A stretch of 47,034 nucleotides of DNA from Candidatus Falkowbacteria bacterium CG02_land_8_20_14_3_00_36_14 (lineage in GTDB: Bacteria; Patescibacteriota; Patescibacteriia; Patescibacteriales; UM-FILTER-36-11). The position numbers and the translations under genes were made by a program. Below, one piece after another: positions 1 to 9,863 of the stretch (its first letter is position 1; each line of letters starts with the position of its first letter). The stretch lies in contig PETS01000105.1 in NCBI GenBank assembly GCA_002781265.1, positions 1 to 47,034 of the forward strand, read 5' to 3'. The notes beneath the pieces are model-generated. The model was given only the letters and a program-made list of their open reading frames with translations. It made no database searches and was not told the DNA's origin.

Positions 1-117
1 AAAGCTAATAAGTTCCTAAAGCTTGGTTTTATCCTGCTTTGCAAACTGCGATGGAAACTGAAATTTTTTGCATTTCCGATTGAGTTTAAATTAGCTAAAA
101 GGTTTGTAATAAAGTAA
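1..117 (+). CDS. 3' end of an upstream CDS (partial), product unknown
   Basis: Frame 1 is open from base 1 to TAA at 115-117 (KANKFLKLGFILLCKLRWKLKFFAFPIEFKLAKRFVIK*), co-oriented with the downstream operon. Confidence 0.5.
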   Translation, partial: KANKFLKLGFILLCKLRWKLKFFAFPIEFKLAKRFVIK

Positions 118-131
118 TAACTTATCAATTT

Positions 132-254
132 TGTCATTGCGGGCTTGACCTGCAATCCAGGAGCGAGCCGCAGGGAACATTTTTATATAAATACTTAATA
201 AATAAATATTCCTTCCATTAACTCCTGGATGTCGGCTCGGGGGCCGGCATGACA
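132..254. repeat. REP/RPE-like miniature palindromic element (TGTCAT...ATGACA)
   Basis: Termini TGTCAT and ATGACA; left hairpin ATTGCGGGCTTGACCTGCAAT; ATCCAGGAG (155-163) pairs with CTCCTGGAT (222-230); AT-rich core. Confidence 0.8.
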
Positions 255-267
255 GATGGATTTCAGT

Positions 268-1392
268 ATGAAAATATTAAATTTAGGCATAGACAATTCC
301 GTTTTAGATAAAAATTCTAAACTGGCTAAAAGGGCGGTTGCATACGGGGGATTGGTTGAAAAATATATTATCATTGTGCCTTTTGCGGAGGGAAAAATAG
401 TTGATTTGTCGGAAAAAGTAAAAGTTTTTGGAGTAAAAACTAAAAATAAAGTTTTCGGTTTTATTAAAATATATAATTTGGCGAAGCGTTTAATGAAAAA
501 AGAAAAAATCAATCTGATTTCCGTGCAAGATCAGTATTATTTAGGGTTTATGTCTCTGCGATTGGCCAAGAAGTTTAAGATTGGTCTGGAAATCCAGGTG
601 CACGGTTTTGAAAAGTATGGCGGTTTGCGTAAAGTGATTGCCAAATATATCCTGCCACGCGCAAATGCCGTAAGATGCGTTAGTTTACGGCTTAAAAAAG
701 AATTAATTAGTGAATTTAGAGTTAAGGAAAATAATATCACTGTAGCGCAGATATTTGTTGATATAGCTAAAATGTCATTGCGAGGAGCTTTTGCGACGAA
801 GCAATCTCGGCAAGACGCTCTAACCGGGATTGCTTTGCCTTCGACTTATAATGGCAAGGTAGTTTTTTTAACTATTGGAAGATTGGTGCCAGTTAAGAAT
901 ATTGTAATTCAAATTAAGGCGATGGTTGAGGTTATAAAAAAATTTCCTGAAGTTGAACTATGGATTATTGGTGAAGGACCAGAGAAAAATAATTTAGAAT
1001 ATATAATTAATAATTTAGAATTAAGTGAAAAAGTAAAATTATTGGGATGGCAAGGCGATTTGAGAAAATTTTATAGCCAGGCGGATGTATTTATGCTAAC
1101 TTCAAATTATGAGGGTTGGGGATTAGCGGTTATAGAGGCGGCGGCTTATGGATTGCCGATAATAATGACTGATGTCGGTTGCGCCGGGGAAGTTATAAGA
1201 AATAGAGAAAACGGAATAATAATCTCGGTTGGCGATGTAAAAAAACTAGGAGAGGCAATGGTTAAAATAATGGAAAACAAAGACTTGAGAAAAAAATTAG
1301 GAGACAGCGCCTGTGAGGCGGTTAAAAAATTGCCGAACAAGAATGAAACACTTGCTTTATATAAAAAATCTTGGGAAAAAGCTTTAAAATAA
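268..1392 (+). CDS. GT4 family glycosyltransferase carrying an in-frame palindromic insert
   Basis: GRLVPVK, YEGWGLAVIEAAAYGLPII and TDVG GT4 motifs; MKIL start at 268 preferred over 256. Confidence 0.9.
   Translation: MKILNLGIDNSVLDKNSKLAKRAVAYGGLVEKYIIIVPFAEGKIVDLSEKVKVFGVKTKNKVFGFIKIYNLAKRLMKKEKINLISVQDQYYLGFMSLRLAKKFKIGLEIQVHGFEKYGGLRKVIAKYILPRANAVRCVSLRLKKELISEFRVKENNITVAQIFVDIAKMSLRGAFATKQSRQDALTGIALPSTYNGKVVFLTIGRLVPVKNIVIQIKAMVEVIKKFPEVELWIIGEGPEKNNLEYIINNLELSEKVKLLGWQGDLRKFYSQADVFMLTSNYEGWGLAVIEAAAYGLPIIMTDVGCAGEVIRNRENGIIISVGDVKKLGEAMVKIMENKDLRKKLGDSACEAVKKLPNKNETLALYKKSWEKALK
773..856. repeat. RPE-like palindromic element inserted in frame (84 bp, 28 codons)
   Basis: TGTCATTGCGAGGAGC...CGAAGCAATCTCGG (797-810) pairs with CCGGGATTGCTTTG (824-837); degenerate right end ...ATAATGGCA. 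Confidence 0.75.
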
Positions 1393-1395
1393 ATT

Positions 1396-2111
1396 ATGAA
1401 AGATATAATATTACTGCCAACTTATAACGAAAAAGAAAATATAAAATTGATAATTCCGGAAATTTTTAATTTATATCCAGATATTTATATATTAGTTATA
1501 GATGACGATTCCCCTGATAAAACAGCGGAAGAAGTAAGATTTTTAATAAAAAAATATCCTATTTATCAATATTAGAAAGAAAGAAAAAAACCGGGTTGGG
1601 CGATGCTTATAAAAAAGCGATAAAAGAGGCGATTAAAAATAAAGATTTAAGGTCTATTATTACTATGGATGCCGATGGATCGCATTCGCCGCAATATCTC
1701 GGAGAAATGTTAGATAATATAAATAATTATGATGTGGTAATCGGTTCTCGTTATATTAAAGGCGGAGGCGTGGAAAATTGGGAGGTATGGAGAAGAAATT
1801 TAAGCAAGTTCGGGAATTTATATGCCAACGCATTAACTGGAATAAAGATTAGCGATTTAACTTCAGGCTTCGTTTGCTATAAGAGGGATATTTTAGAAAA
1901 AGTTGATTTTTCAAAAATTGATTCTAGCGGGTATGCTTATCAGATTGAGATGAAATATTATTTAGTAAATAATTTAAAGGTTAAATATAAAGAAGTTCCT
2001 ATAATTTTTAAAAATCGTCGGGAAGGAGAATCAAAAATTTCCAATCAGATTATCACCGAAGGCATTGTAGCCCCTTTGAAATTATTTATTAAAAAAATAT
2101 GGAAAAAATAA
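1396..2111 (+). pseudogene. Polyprenol-phosphate mannose/glycosyl synthase (DPM1-like GT2) with a frameshift near 1548-1562
   Basis: ATG 1396 gives MKDIILLPTYNEKENI...VIDDDSPDKT, stopping at TAG 1573-1575; the -1 frame continues LSILERKKKTGLGDAY...MDADGSH...GSRY...RREGESK to 2111. Confidence 0.85.
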
Positions 2112-2974
2112 TCTGTCCGATTTGCGGATCGGATAAAAATAAATTTTTTTGTGAAAAAAATAATTATAAAATTTATTTTTGCTTCCGATGCCGAGCAGGA
2201 TTTGTTTGGCCGGTGCCGGAGACGTCAAAAGATTTATATAGTGAAAGTTATTTTATAAATGATGATAAAGTCAGCGAATTCGGATACACCGATTATGAAA
2301 AAGACAAGGAGCCGATGAAAGGGATATTTGTCAGCTATTTAAAGAAAATAGAGCAAATCACTAAAGGAAGAAAGTTAATTGATATTGGAGCGGCAACGGG
2401 TTATTTTTTGGACTTAGCCAAGGAACGCAACTGGGAAACCTTTGGCATAGAGTTATCGGAATATGCCGCTTCTCGAGCAGGAGAAAAGGGCCATAAAATG
2501 ATTGATGGCCGATTGATTGGCGAAAATATTAACGAAAAGTTTTCCGCCGTTACCATGTGGGACGTATTAGAGCATTTCAACGATCCCAAAAATGAAATTA
2601 GGAAAGCCGGCCGATTATTGGAAGCGGGCGGCGTACTGCTTTTAAACACTATTGATTTTGGAAGTTTATCTTCCCGCTTGATGGGAAGGCGATGGCATTT
2701 AATTGTGCCGCCGGAACATCTTTTTTATTTTTCGCGGAAAAGTTTGTTTTTACTCTTGGAAAGTTCAGGTTTTAAGATAATAGCGGTGGAAAAAATGGGA
2801 AAAAAATTTTCTTTTGCATATATTTTTAAAGTATTATATAATTGGCAGAAATTAATAATTTGGAAAAAATTATCTAATTATTTTAATAATAATAATTTTT
2901 CTAGGAAATTTTACATTCCGATAAATTTAAGAGATAATATTTTAATAATAGCTAAAAAAAATAAAGATGCTTAA
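2099..2974 (+). CDS. Class I SAM-dependent methyltransferase with N-terminal Zn ribbon
   Basis: CPIC...CFRC, LIDIGAATGYF, WDVLEH and PPEHLFYF motifs. Confidence 0.9.
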   Translation: MEKIICPICGSDKNKFFCEKNNYKIYFCFRCRAGFVWPVPETSKDLYSESYFINDDKVSEFGYTDYEKDKEPMKGIFVSYLKKIEQITKGRKLIDIGAATGYFLDLAKERNWETFGIELSEYAASRAGEKGHKMIDGRLIGENINEKFSAVTMWDVLEHFNDPKNEIRKAGRLLEAGGVLLLNTIDFGSLSSRLMGRRWHLIVPPEHLFYFSRKSLFLLLESSGFKIIAVEKMGKKFSFAYIFKVLYNWQKLIIWKKLSNYFNNNNFSRKFYIPINLRDNILIIAKKNKDA

Positions 2975-4673
2975 TATAATTAAAAAACATTATTTGATTT
3001 TAATTCTTGCTTTAATTGCAGGAACTTTAACGGCTTTGCCCCAAATTTTAGCGATTAAAAAAATTAATAATTTTCAAGGTATTTATAAGATTGCCAATAA
3101 TGATGAAACTTATTACTTGGCGCGAGGCAGAGATATTATTGACGGCCATAGCCATCTGGGCAACCCGTATTTATTTGAACATAAAAATGAGCAACCAGTG
3201 CAATTTTGGTTGCCGGATTATATATTAGCTAAGCCGTTGGCTATTTTTAATATTAATATTCATTATGGATATTTTTTTTATGATTTTATTTTTCCATTTG
3301 CATTGGTGCTTTTAACTTATTATATAATTTATTTATTAACCAATGAAGTATCTGTTAGTTTTTTGGGAACGGCCTTTTTGCATCTAAATTTATTTTTATA
3401 TGCCTTCGGCAGATCTCCCAGCCCCCAGTTGAATTTTTTATTTTGGCTTTTATTATTTTTATTTTGGCTTAAATTTTTATATCAATCAAATTATAAAAAT
3501 GCCTTTATTATGGGGATATTTTTCGGATTATTATTCCATATATATACTTATTATTGGACTTTTTATATTGTATTTTTTGTTATTTATATTTTAGTAAATA
3601 TAATTTTAAAACGTCATATTGAGTACAAAAAATATTTATTAGTTACATTAATCGTTTTTTGTTTTTCCATTCCTTATTTTATTTCTATGCTTAAAAGTAT
3701 TGGTTTACCATATTATATTGAGTCGCTAACTAGGATAGGAATGGTAAACACCCATTTCCCGTCCGGTAGAAAAATTTTTATGTGGGGCTTTTTAACGCTG
3801 ATTTTATTTTTTATGGCATATAAAAAAAAGGTAATAGATATAAATAATAAATCATTATTATTGCTGAGCGGAATATTAGCGGCAATAATTACGGTAAACC
3901 ATCATTTAATTACGGGTAAGAATTTGCAGTTTTCCAGCCATTATTGGATGCTAAGTGTTTTTATTTTTATTTTTACCTTAGTTTATATTATAAATTTATT
4001 ATTAGAGAAGATAAAATACAAAAAAATTAAATTAGTAATCTTGGTATTGGTTTTTTTATATATATTTTATTATCCCACAACCTATGCCATTAGTATTATT
4101 GAGGGAGACGCTATTTCTTATAGTGAAAATAGTATTAAACAGCAAAATTATGCTCCCATATTCAAATGGCTAAATGAAAATACTTATCCGGACGAGGTGG
4201 TGTTTGCCAATAATGAATTAAGTGGTTTAATACCTGTTTATACTGCCAATAATGTTTTTTATTTTGCCATGGCTGGTCTGCATTTTATGTCCGATAAGGA
4301 GTTTCAAGAAAGGTTTATACTTAATAATTATTGGCATGAGTATAACGAACAATATGCTATAGATAATAAATTTGGTATTTGGGGAGCGTATTATCAGACA
4401 AAATATGACCACGAACAAAGTAAAAATAAAATAAGAAAATTATTTTTTATTCCGCCAAAAGAATATATAAAAATTCCGCAGGAAAAGATAGATAAATTTT
4501 TAGAATTAGCCAAAGAAATTCAAAGCAATGATTTTGAAAGTCAATTAAAAAAATACAGAGTTGATTATTTAATTTGGAATAAGGCGGCCGATCCCGATTG
4601 GAAAATTAACGATCAAAAATTTTTAAGTCTTATTATTCAAGTAGACGATTTAGCTATATATAAAGTTAATTAA
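2967..4673 (+). CDS. Polytopic membrane protein, probable GT-C-fold glycosyltransferase
   Basis: Many hydrophobic segments; acidic NDETYY motif in the loop after the first TM; soluble C-terminal domain (WLNENT..DEVV, YRVDYLIW); glycan-locus context. Confidence 0.55.
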   Translation: MLNIIKKHYLILILALIAGTLTALPQILAIKKINNFQGIYKIANNDETYYLARGRDIIDGHSHLGNPYLFEHKNEQPVQFWLPDYILAKPLAIFNINIHYGYFFYDFIFPFALVLLTYYIIYLLTNEVSVSFLGTAFLHLNLFLYAFGRSPSPQLNFLFWLLLFLFWLKFLYQSNYKNAFIMGIFFGLLFHIYTYYWTFYIVFFVIYILVNIILKRHIEYKKYLLVTLIVFCFSIPYFISMLKSIGLPYYIESLTRIGMVNTHFPSGRKIFMWGFLTLILFFMAYKKKVIDINNKSLLLLSGILAAIITVNHHLITGKNLQFSSHYWMLSVFIFIFTLVYIINLLLEKIKYKKIKLVILVLVFLYIFYYPTTYAISIIEGDAISYSENSIKQQNYAPIFKWLNENTYPDEVVFANNELSGLIPVYTANNVFYFAMAGLHFMSDKEFQERFILNNYWHEYNEQYAIDNKFGIWGAYYQTKYDHEQSKNKIRKLFFIPPKEYIKIPQEKIDKFLELAKEIQSNDFESQLKKYRVDYLIWNKAADPDWKINDQKFLSLIIQVDDLAIYKVN

Positions 4674-4674
4674 A

Positions 4675-5316
4675 ATGAAAAAAGAAATTTCTCTATTAAG
4701 AAAATTTGAGTATGAGGCGATTTCCCAAGTAAAAATTGACGGAAAAATTTTAGATTTGGGCGGAGACAGAAGATCTGGTTATCATGAGCTTATTAAAGGA
4801 GAGTATAAAATTGAAGTCGTTAATATTAATAAAGAAACTGGAGCAGATTTATGCTTTGATCTTGAAAAAGTTTTTCCTATCACGAGCGAAAGCTACGAAG
4901 CGGTTATGTGCGTTAACGTTTTAGAGCATATTTTTAATTATAAAAACGTTTTGGATGAAAGCTTTAGAATTCTTAAAAAAGGAGGGAAATTGGTCGGGGT
5001 AGTACCATTCATTTTTAACGTCCATGGCTCTCCGGATGATTATTTTCGTTTTACTGGAACAGCGCTTAAAAGGATTTTAAAAGAAGCTGGGTTTGCAGAT
5101 CTTCGCGTAGAAGAATTAGGTACTGGCATATTCAGCGTAATATTCCAGATTAAATACGGATTTTTCAGATTTATTTATTTAAGGAAATTAGCTATGAAGT
5201 TTTACATTATGCTTGATAAAATTTTAATACAGAAAATTATTAAATCTTTAAAGCCAAATAATCATTTATCGGAGAAGCATCTTCCTTTGGGTTATTTTTT
5301 CATTGCAAAGAAATAA
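4675..5316 (+). CDS. SAM-dependent methyltransferase (Methyltransf_11-like)
   Basis: ILDLGG, NVLEH, LKKGG and HGSPDDYFRFT motifs. Confidence 0.85.
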   Translation: MKKEISLLRKFEYEAISQVKIDGKILDLGGDRRSGYHELIKGEYKIEVVNINKETGADLCFDLEKVFPITSESYEAVMCVNVLEHIFNYKNVLDESFRILKKGGKLVGVVPFIFNVHGSPDDYFRFTGTALKRILKEAGFADLRVEELGTGIFSVIFQIKYGFFRFIYLRKLAMKFYIMLDKILIQKIIKSLKPNNHLSEKHLPLGYFFIAKK

Positions 5317-5318
5317 TT

Positions 5319-6485
5319 ATGAAATTAATCTACATAGTTAACGCAAAAATTCCCACAGACAAGGCTAATGGCTATCAAATATGTAAAATGTGCGAAGAAT
5401 TCGCCAAGGCCGGTTTGGAAGTTGAACTTTGGATCCCGACCAGAGAGAGCCGATTTACGCAAGATTCGTTTGAATATTACGGCCTAGAAAGAAATTTTAA
5501 AATTAAAAAAATTAAAAGTTTTGATTTTATTAAATTCCATAAGTATTTAGGTAAATATAGTTTTTGGATGCAAAGTATTGTTTATCTTTTAAAGTTGATT
5601 TTTAAAAAAGTAGACAAAGACACTATCGTTTATTCTAGAAATCCAGAAATTATTTGGCTTTTTAATTTAAAAGGATATAAAACATTTTTTGAAGTCCATC
5701 GCTGGTCAGAAACAAAGTTGTATTTTTTTGAAATTTTTATAAAAAAAGTTAATAAAGTTATAGTTGTGACAGAAGAACTTAGAAAAAAATGTATGGAGAT
5801 TGGTTTTTCCAAAGATAGGATTATAGTCGCTCCCGATGCGGTTGATTTAAAAATTTTTGATTTGGATATTTCAAAATATGACGCTCGAAAAAAATTAAAT
5901 TTACCAAATAACAAAATTATTTTGGGCTATATGGGAAGTTTCAGAACCATGGGAGAGGAGAAAGGAATAACTGAGATATTAAAATCTTTAAAAATTATTC
6001 AAAAAAAATATCCTAATATTTTTTTTCTAGCTGTCGGGGGCGGAAAAGATGATATAGAATTTTATAGAAATTTAACAAAAATTTTAGGAGTGGGAAATAG
6101 TATTTTATTACTTAGCAAAGTAATAAGATCGGATCTAGCGATTTATCAGAAGGCCTGTGATGTGCTTTTAATGCCGTTTCCCCGAACTAAACATTTCATT
6201 TATTATATGTCACCGTTAAAAATGTTTGAATATATGGCTAGTAAACGGCCAATAATAGCCACTAATTTACCTAGCATAAGAGAGGTATTAAATAGCAGTA
6301 ATTCATATTTAGTAAAACCAAATGACCAGAAAGATCTCGCGCGAGGTATTCGGGAATTATTGCAAGATGATAATTTTTCTCAAAATATATCACTTAAAGC
6401 ATTTCGAGATGTCCAAAATTATACATGGGATAAGAGGGTTAAAAAAATTATTGATTTTATAAAAAATAATAAATTAAGTTTATGA
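5319..6485 (+). CDS. GT4 family glycosyltransferase
   Basis: MKLIYI N-terminus, PDAVD, SPLKMFEYMASKRPII. Confidence 0.9.
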   Translation: MKLIYIVNAKIPTDKANGYQICKMCEEFAKAGLEVELWIPTRESRFTQDSFEYYGLERNFKIKKIKSFDFIKFHKYLGKYSFWMQSIVYLLKLIFKKVDKDTIVYSRNPEIIWLFNLKGYKTFFEVHRWSETKLYFFEIFIKKVNKVIVVTEELRKKCMEIGFSKDRIIVAPDAVDLKIFDLDISKYDARKKLNLPNNKIILGYMGSFRTMGEEKGITEILKSLKIIQKKYPNIFFLAVGGGKDDIEFYRNLTKILGVGNSILLLSKVIRSDLAIYQKACDVLLMPFPRTKHFIYYMSPLKMFEYMASKRPIIATNLPSIREVLNSSNSYLVKPNDQKDLARGIRELLQDDNFSQNISLKAFRDVQNYTWDKRVKKIIDFIKNNKLSL

Positions 6486-7471
6486 AAGAAGAAAATATTC
6501 GCCCGGCTAAATTAATGGAACGGGTCGATGTATTACAAGTTGAAGACAGAAAAAAGTTGCTAAAGAAAAAAAAGGGATTTATAAAGATCGCTTGCCCGGC
6601 GTGCCAATCGAAAAAACATAAAACATTATTTAAGAAAGACGGTTTTATTTTCGTATCCTGCGAGTCGTGCGAAACAGTTTTTGTCAATCCAAGGCCAAGT
6701 TTTTTTATGTTGGCGGAATATTATGAAAAAGCCAAGAGTTGGAAATATTGGAACGATAAAATTTTTCCTGCCTCGGAAAATTCCAGGCGCAACCAAATTT
6801 TTGCCCCCAGAGCTAAAAAAGTTTCTGCTTTGTGCGACGCGTATAAAGCGAAAAAAGAAATTTTAGTTGATGTGGGAGCGGGCTTCGGAACTTTTTGCGA
6901 GGAGATAAAAAATCTTGGGGTTTTCAAAGAAGTTATCGCTGTTGAACCTTCACGTAGCCTTGCCGAAACTTGCTGTGAAAAGGGAATCAAAGTTATTGTA
7001 AAGCCGATTGAAAAAGCGAATATAAAAAAGGCGAGCGTTATCACTAATTTTGAATTGATTGAACATCTTTTTTGGCCTAAGGATTTTTTGCTGGGTTGCG
7101 CAAGAAATTTATCGCGAGGAGGGTTGATTATAATCACTACCCCCAATATAAAAGGTTTTGATTTACTGACGCTTGGAAAATTTTCCGAGAATATCAGCGC
7201 TCCAAACCATTTAAATTACTTTAATATTGATTCGCTAGGGTATTTATTAAAACAATGCGGCTTTAAAATTATTGAATCGTTAACGCCAGGTAAGTTAGAT
7301 TCTGAACTTGTTAGAAAAAAGATTATTAACGGTTCATTCAATGTCTCTATAAATTCTTTTTTAAAGTATATTCTTATAGATACTTGGGATAAGAATGGTG
7401 ATAGTTTCCAGAAATTTTTAGAGAATAACAATCTTTCTTCACACATGTGGATTGTGGCTAAGAAATTATAA
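6482..7471 (+). CDS. Class I SAM-dependent methyltransferase with Zn ribbon
   Basis: CPAC...CESC, NPRP, VDVGAGFG, FELIEH, PNHLNYF. Confidence 0.9.
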   Translation: MKEENIRPAKLMERVDVLQVEDRKKLLKKKKGFIKIACPACQSKKHKTLFKKDGFIFVSCESCETVFVNPRPSFFMLAEYYEKAKSWKYWNDKIFPASENSRRNQIFAPRAKKVSALCDAYKAKKEILVDVGAGFGTFCEEIKNLGVFKEVIAVEPSRSLAETCCEKGIKVIVKPIEKANIKKASVITNFELIEHLFWPKDFLLGCARNLSRGGLIIITTPNIKGFDLLTLGKFSENISAPNHLNYFNIDSLGYLLKQCGFKIIESLTPGKLDSELVRKKIINGSFNVSINSFLKYILIDTWDKNGDSFQKFLENNNLSSHMWIVAKKL

Positions 7472-7482
7472 TTATATAATTT

Positions 7483-8571
7483 ATGAAATTACTTATTTTA
7501 ACACAAAAGGTTGATATTAACGATGATTTATTGGGTTTTATGCATGATTGGATATTAAAATTTGCTGAACATTGCTCTTCTGTAGTAGTAATTTGCTTGG
7601 AGAAGGGTGAATACAAATTGCCTATCAATGTTAGAATTTTATCATTAGGCAAAGAAGAGGTTGGAGGTTGCAATTTGAAAATTTGGAAAAGATTTATTTA
7701 TTTGGTTAGATTTTATAAATATATTTGGTCAGAGAGAGGCAATTATGACGCTATTTTTACACACATGAATAAAGAATATATTATTTTGGGCTGGGCGTTA
7801 TGGGAGCTATGGGGTAAAAAGATAGGTCTTTGGTACGCCCATGGTTATGCCCCTCTTAGTTTAAAAATAGCAGAGAAGTTAACTGATTTTATTTTTACTT
7901 CTACGAAAAGTGGTTGCAGATTAAAAAGTAATAAGATAAATATTATAGGTCAAGGAATTAATGTTAATAAATTTAAGGTAAGTGGGAAAGAGGTTAATAA
8001 AGGTGAAAAATTTCAAATTATAAGTGTTGGTAGGATTTCTCCGTCAAAAAATTATGAAACCTTGATAGCCGCGATTGAAGTTTTGATTAGCAACAATTTT
8101 AAAATGCAAGTGGATATTATAGGCGATGTAGGTATAAAGGAGCAACAGCAATATTTCAATGATTTAAAGGAAATTATTAAAGATAAGTTTTTAGATGAAT
8201 CGATAAAGTTTTTAGGGTCAGTACCAAATAAAGATGTTGTAAATTTTTTACAAAACGCTGATTTATTTGTAAATATGAGTTATACTGGAAGTTTGGATAA
8301 AGCCGTTTTGGAGGCGATGGCTTGCGAAGTGCCAGTTTTAACTTGCAATGAAGCATTTGAAGAAATAATGGGTAAGTATAAGAAAATTTTAATGTACCCC
8401 AAAAAAGATTATAAGCAATTAGCCGAGAAAATTAAGTTTATTATTAGTACTTCTTCGGAGGAGCGACATATTATTGGCGTTGATTTAAGAAGCATAGTAG
8501 TCGATAATCATAGTAGCGAGCAATTAATCAATAAAATCATATCGTTTTATAATTTCGACAAGTTATTATGA
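7483..8571 (+). CDS. GT4 family glycosyltransferase
   Basis: VGRISPSKN and GSLDKAVLEAMAC motifs. Confidence 0.9.
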   Translation: MKLLILTQKVDINDDLLGFMHDWILKFAEHCSSVVVICLEKGEYKLPINVRILSLGKEEVGGCNLKIWKRFIYLVRFYKYIWSERGNYDAIFTHMNKEYIILGWALWELWGKKIGLWYAHGYAPLSLKIAEKLTDFIFTSTKSGCRLKSNKINIIGQGINVNKFKVSGKEVNKGEKFQIISVGRISPSKNYETLIAAIEVLISNNFKMQVDIIGDVGIKEQQQYFNDLKEIIKDKFLDESIKFLGSVPNKDVVNFLQNADLFVNMSYTGSLDKAVLEAMACEVPVLTCNEAFEEIMGKYKKILMYPKKDYKQLAEKIKFIISTSSEERHIIGVDLRSIVVDNHSSEQLINKIISFYNFDKLL

Positions 8572-9674
8572 AATTAATTTACTGCACATCAATCGCGTTA
8601 TCAAATAAATTGGCCAATAGAGCGCAAGTTTATTCTATGGCCAAACAATTCCAGAAAAAAATGGGAGAATTTTTTTTCTTGGGAGTTAATTACACCAATA
8701 TAGATGATCGGAAGCTGAATATCATTTGTTTTAATAATAGAAAAAGTTATATTTTAGCGTGGAAATACATAAAATTCATAAAAAATAATAAGATAGATTA
8801 TATTTATTGTCGCGAAGCCAGATTACTTTTTTTTATTATATTATATAGCAAATTATTTCTAAGGTTTAAATTAATATTTACTTATGAGGTTCACTCTTTC
8901 TTTCAGAGAAACATGATTGACGAATTAGTTGATAGATTTTTGTCGCGTTATGTAAATAATTTTATTTTTGTTACTAAAAATCTTGCAGATAGATATATTA
9001 TTAAATATTCAATAAGTAAAAATAAGACCTTAGTATCGCCGGACGGCGTTGATCTGGAAATTTTTAATATTAATTTATCAAAGGAAGGCGCTCGTAAAAA
9101 ATTAGGATTGCCATTTGATAAAAAAATTATTATTTATACGGGGAAATTTAAAACCATGGGAATGGACAAAGGAATAAATGATATTTTAAAAGTTTTAAAA
9201 ATTATAAACGATAATAATTTATTATTCGTAGCGGTGGGCGGTTCAAAAAATGAACTAGATTATTATAATAAATTAGCCAATCAGCTGAATACTCAGGAGA
9301 AAGTTAAATTATTTGGCATGACTACTCAAGATAACCTTGCTATTTATCAAAAGGCGGCCGATGCTTTACTTATGCCTTTTCCCCATAATACCCATTATGC
9401 TTATTATATGTCGCCTTTAAAAATGTTTGAATATATGGCGAGTAAGCAGCCGATTATCGCCTCAGATCTGCCGTCCATTAGGGAAGTTTTAAACAAAAAT
9501 AATTCAATAATAGTCAAACCAGAAAGACCGGACGAATTGGCTAAAGGCGTGAAGATAGCTTTGGAAGATAAAAATTTAGTTAAAAAAATAACCGAGCAGG
9601 CATTTCAAGACGTAGGACGATATACATGGAAGATAAGGGTAGAAGATATTTTGGAATTTATAAAATGTGTATAA
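8568..9674 (+). CDS. GT4 family glycosyltransferase, paralog of 5319..6485
   Basis: PDGVD, FKTMGMDKG, YYMSPLKMFEYMASK. Confidence 0.9.
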   Translation: MKLIYCTSIALSNKLANRAQVYSMAKQFQKKMGEFFFLGVNYTNIDDRKLNIICFNNRKSYILAWKYIKFIKNNKIDYIYCREARLLFFIILYSKLFLRFKLIFTYEVHSFFQRNMIDELVDRFLSRYVNNFIFVTKNLADRYIIKYSISKNKTLVSPDGVDLEIFNINLSKEGARKKLGLPFDKKIIIYTGKFKTMGMDKGINDILKVLKIINDNNLLFVAVGGSKNELDYYNKLANQLNTQEKVKLFGMTTQDNLAIYQKAADALLMPFPHNTHYAYYMSPLKMFEYMASKQPIIASDLPSIREVLNKNNSIIVKPERPDELAKGVKIALEDKNLVKKITEQAFQDVGRYTWKIRVEDILEFIKCV

Positions 9675-9736
9675 CTTTTTAACTTATTTCAAATTTTGTT
9701 AAAATTAGCAAAGTTATTCATTTAATTTAATATATA

Positions 9737-9774
9737 TTGACACCCATTGACACTTTTTGACACTTTGCTATACT
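9737..9774 (+). promoter_or_regulatory. Sigma70-like promoter overlapped by three TTGACAC direct repeats at 10-bp period
   Basis: TTGACAC at 9737, 9747 and 9757; TTGACA(9747)-N16-TATACT(9769) with TG at the extended -10 position. Confidence 0.7.
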
Positions 9775-9863
9775 TAAAGATGAATTCCACTCCTCTAAAT
9801 ATTTTTTAAAAAGATATAAGGTTTATGACGACAAATTTTATAAAAAAATTGAATAAAATAAAA

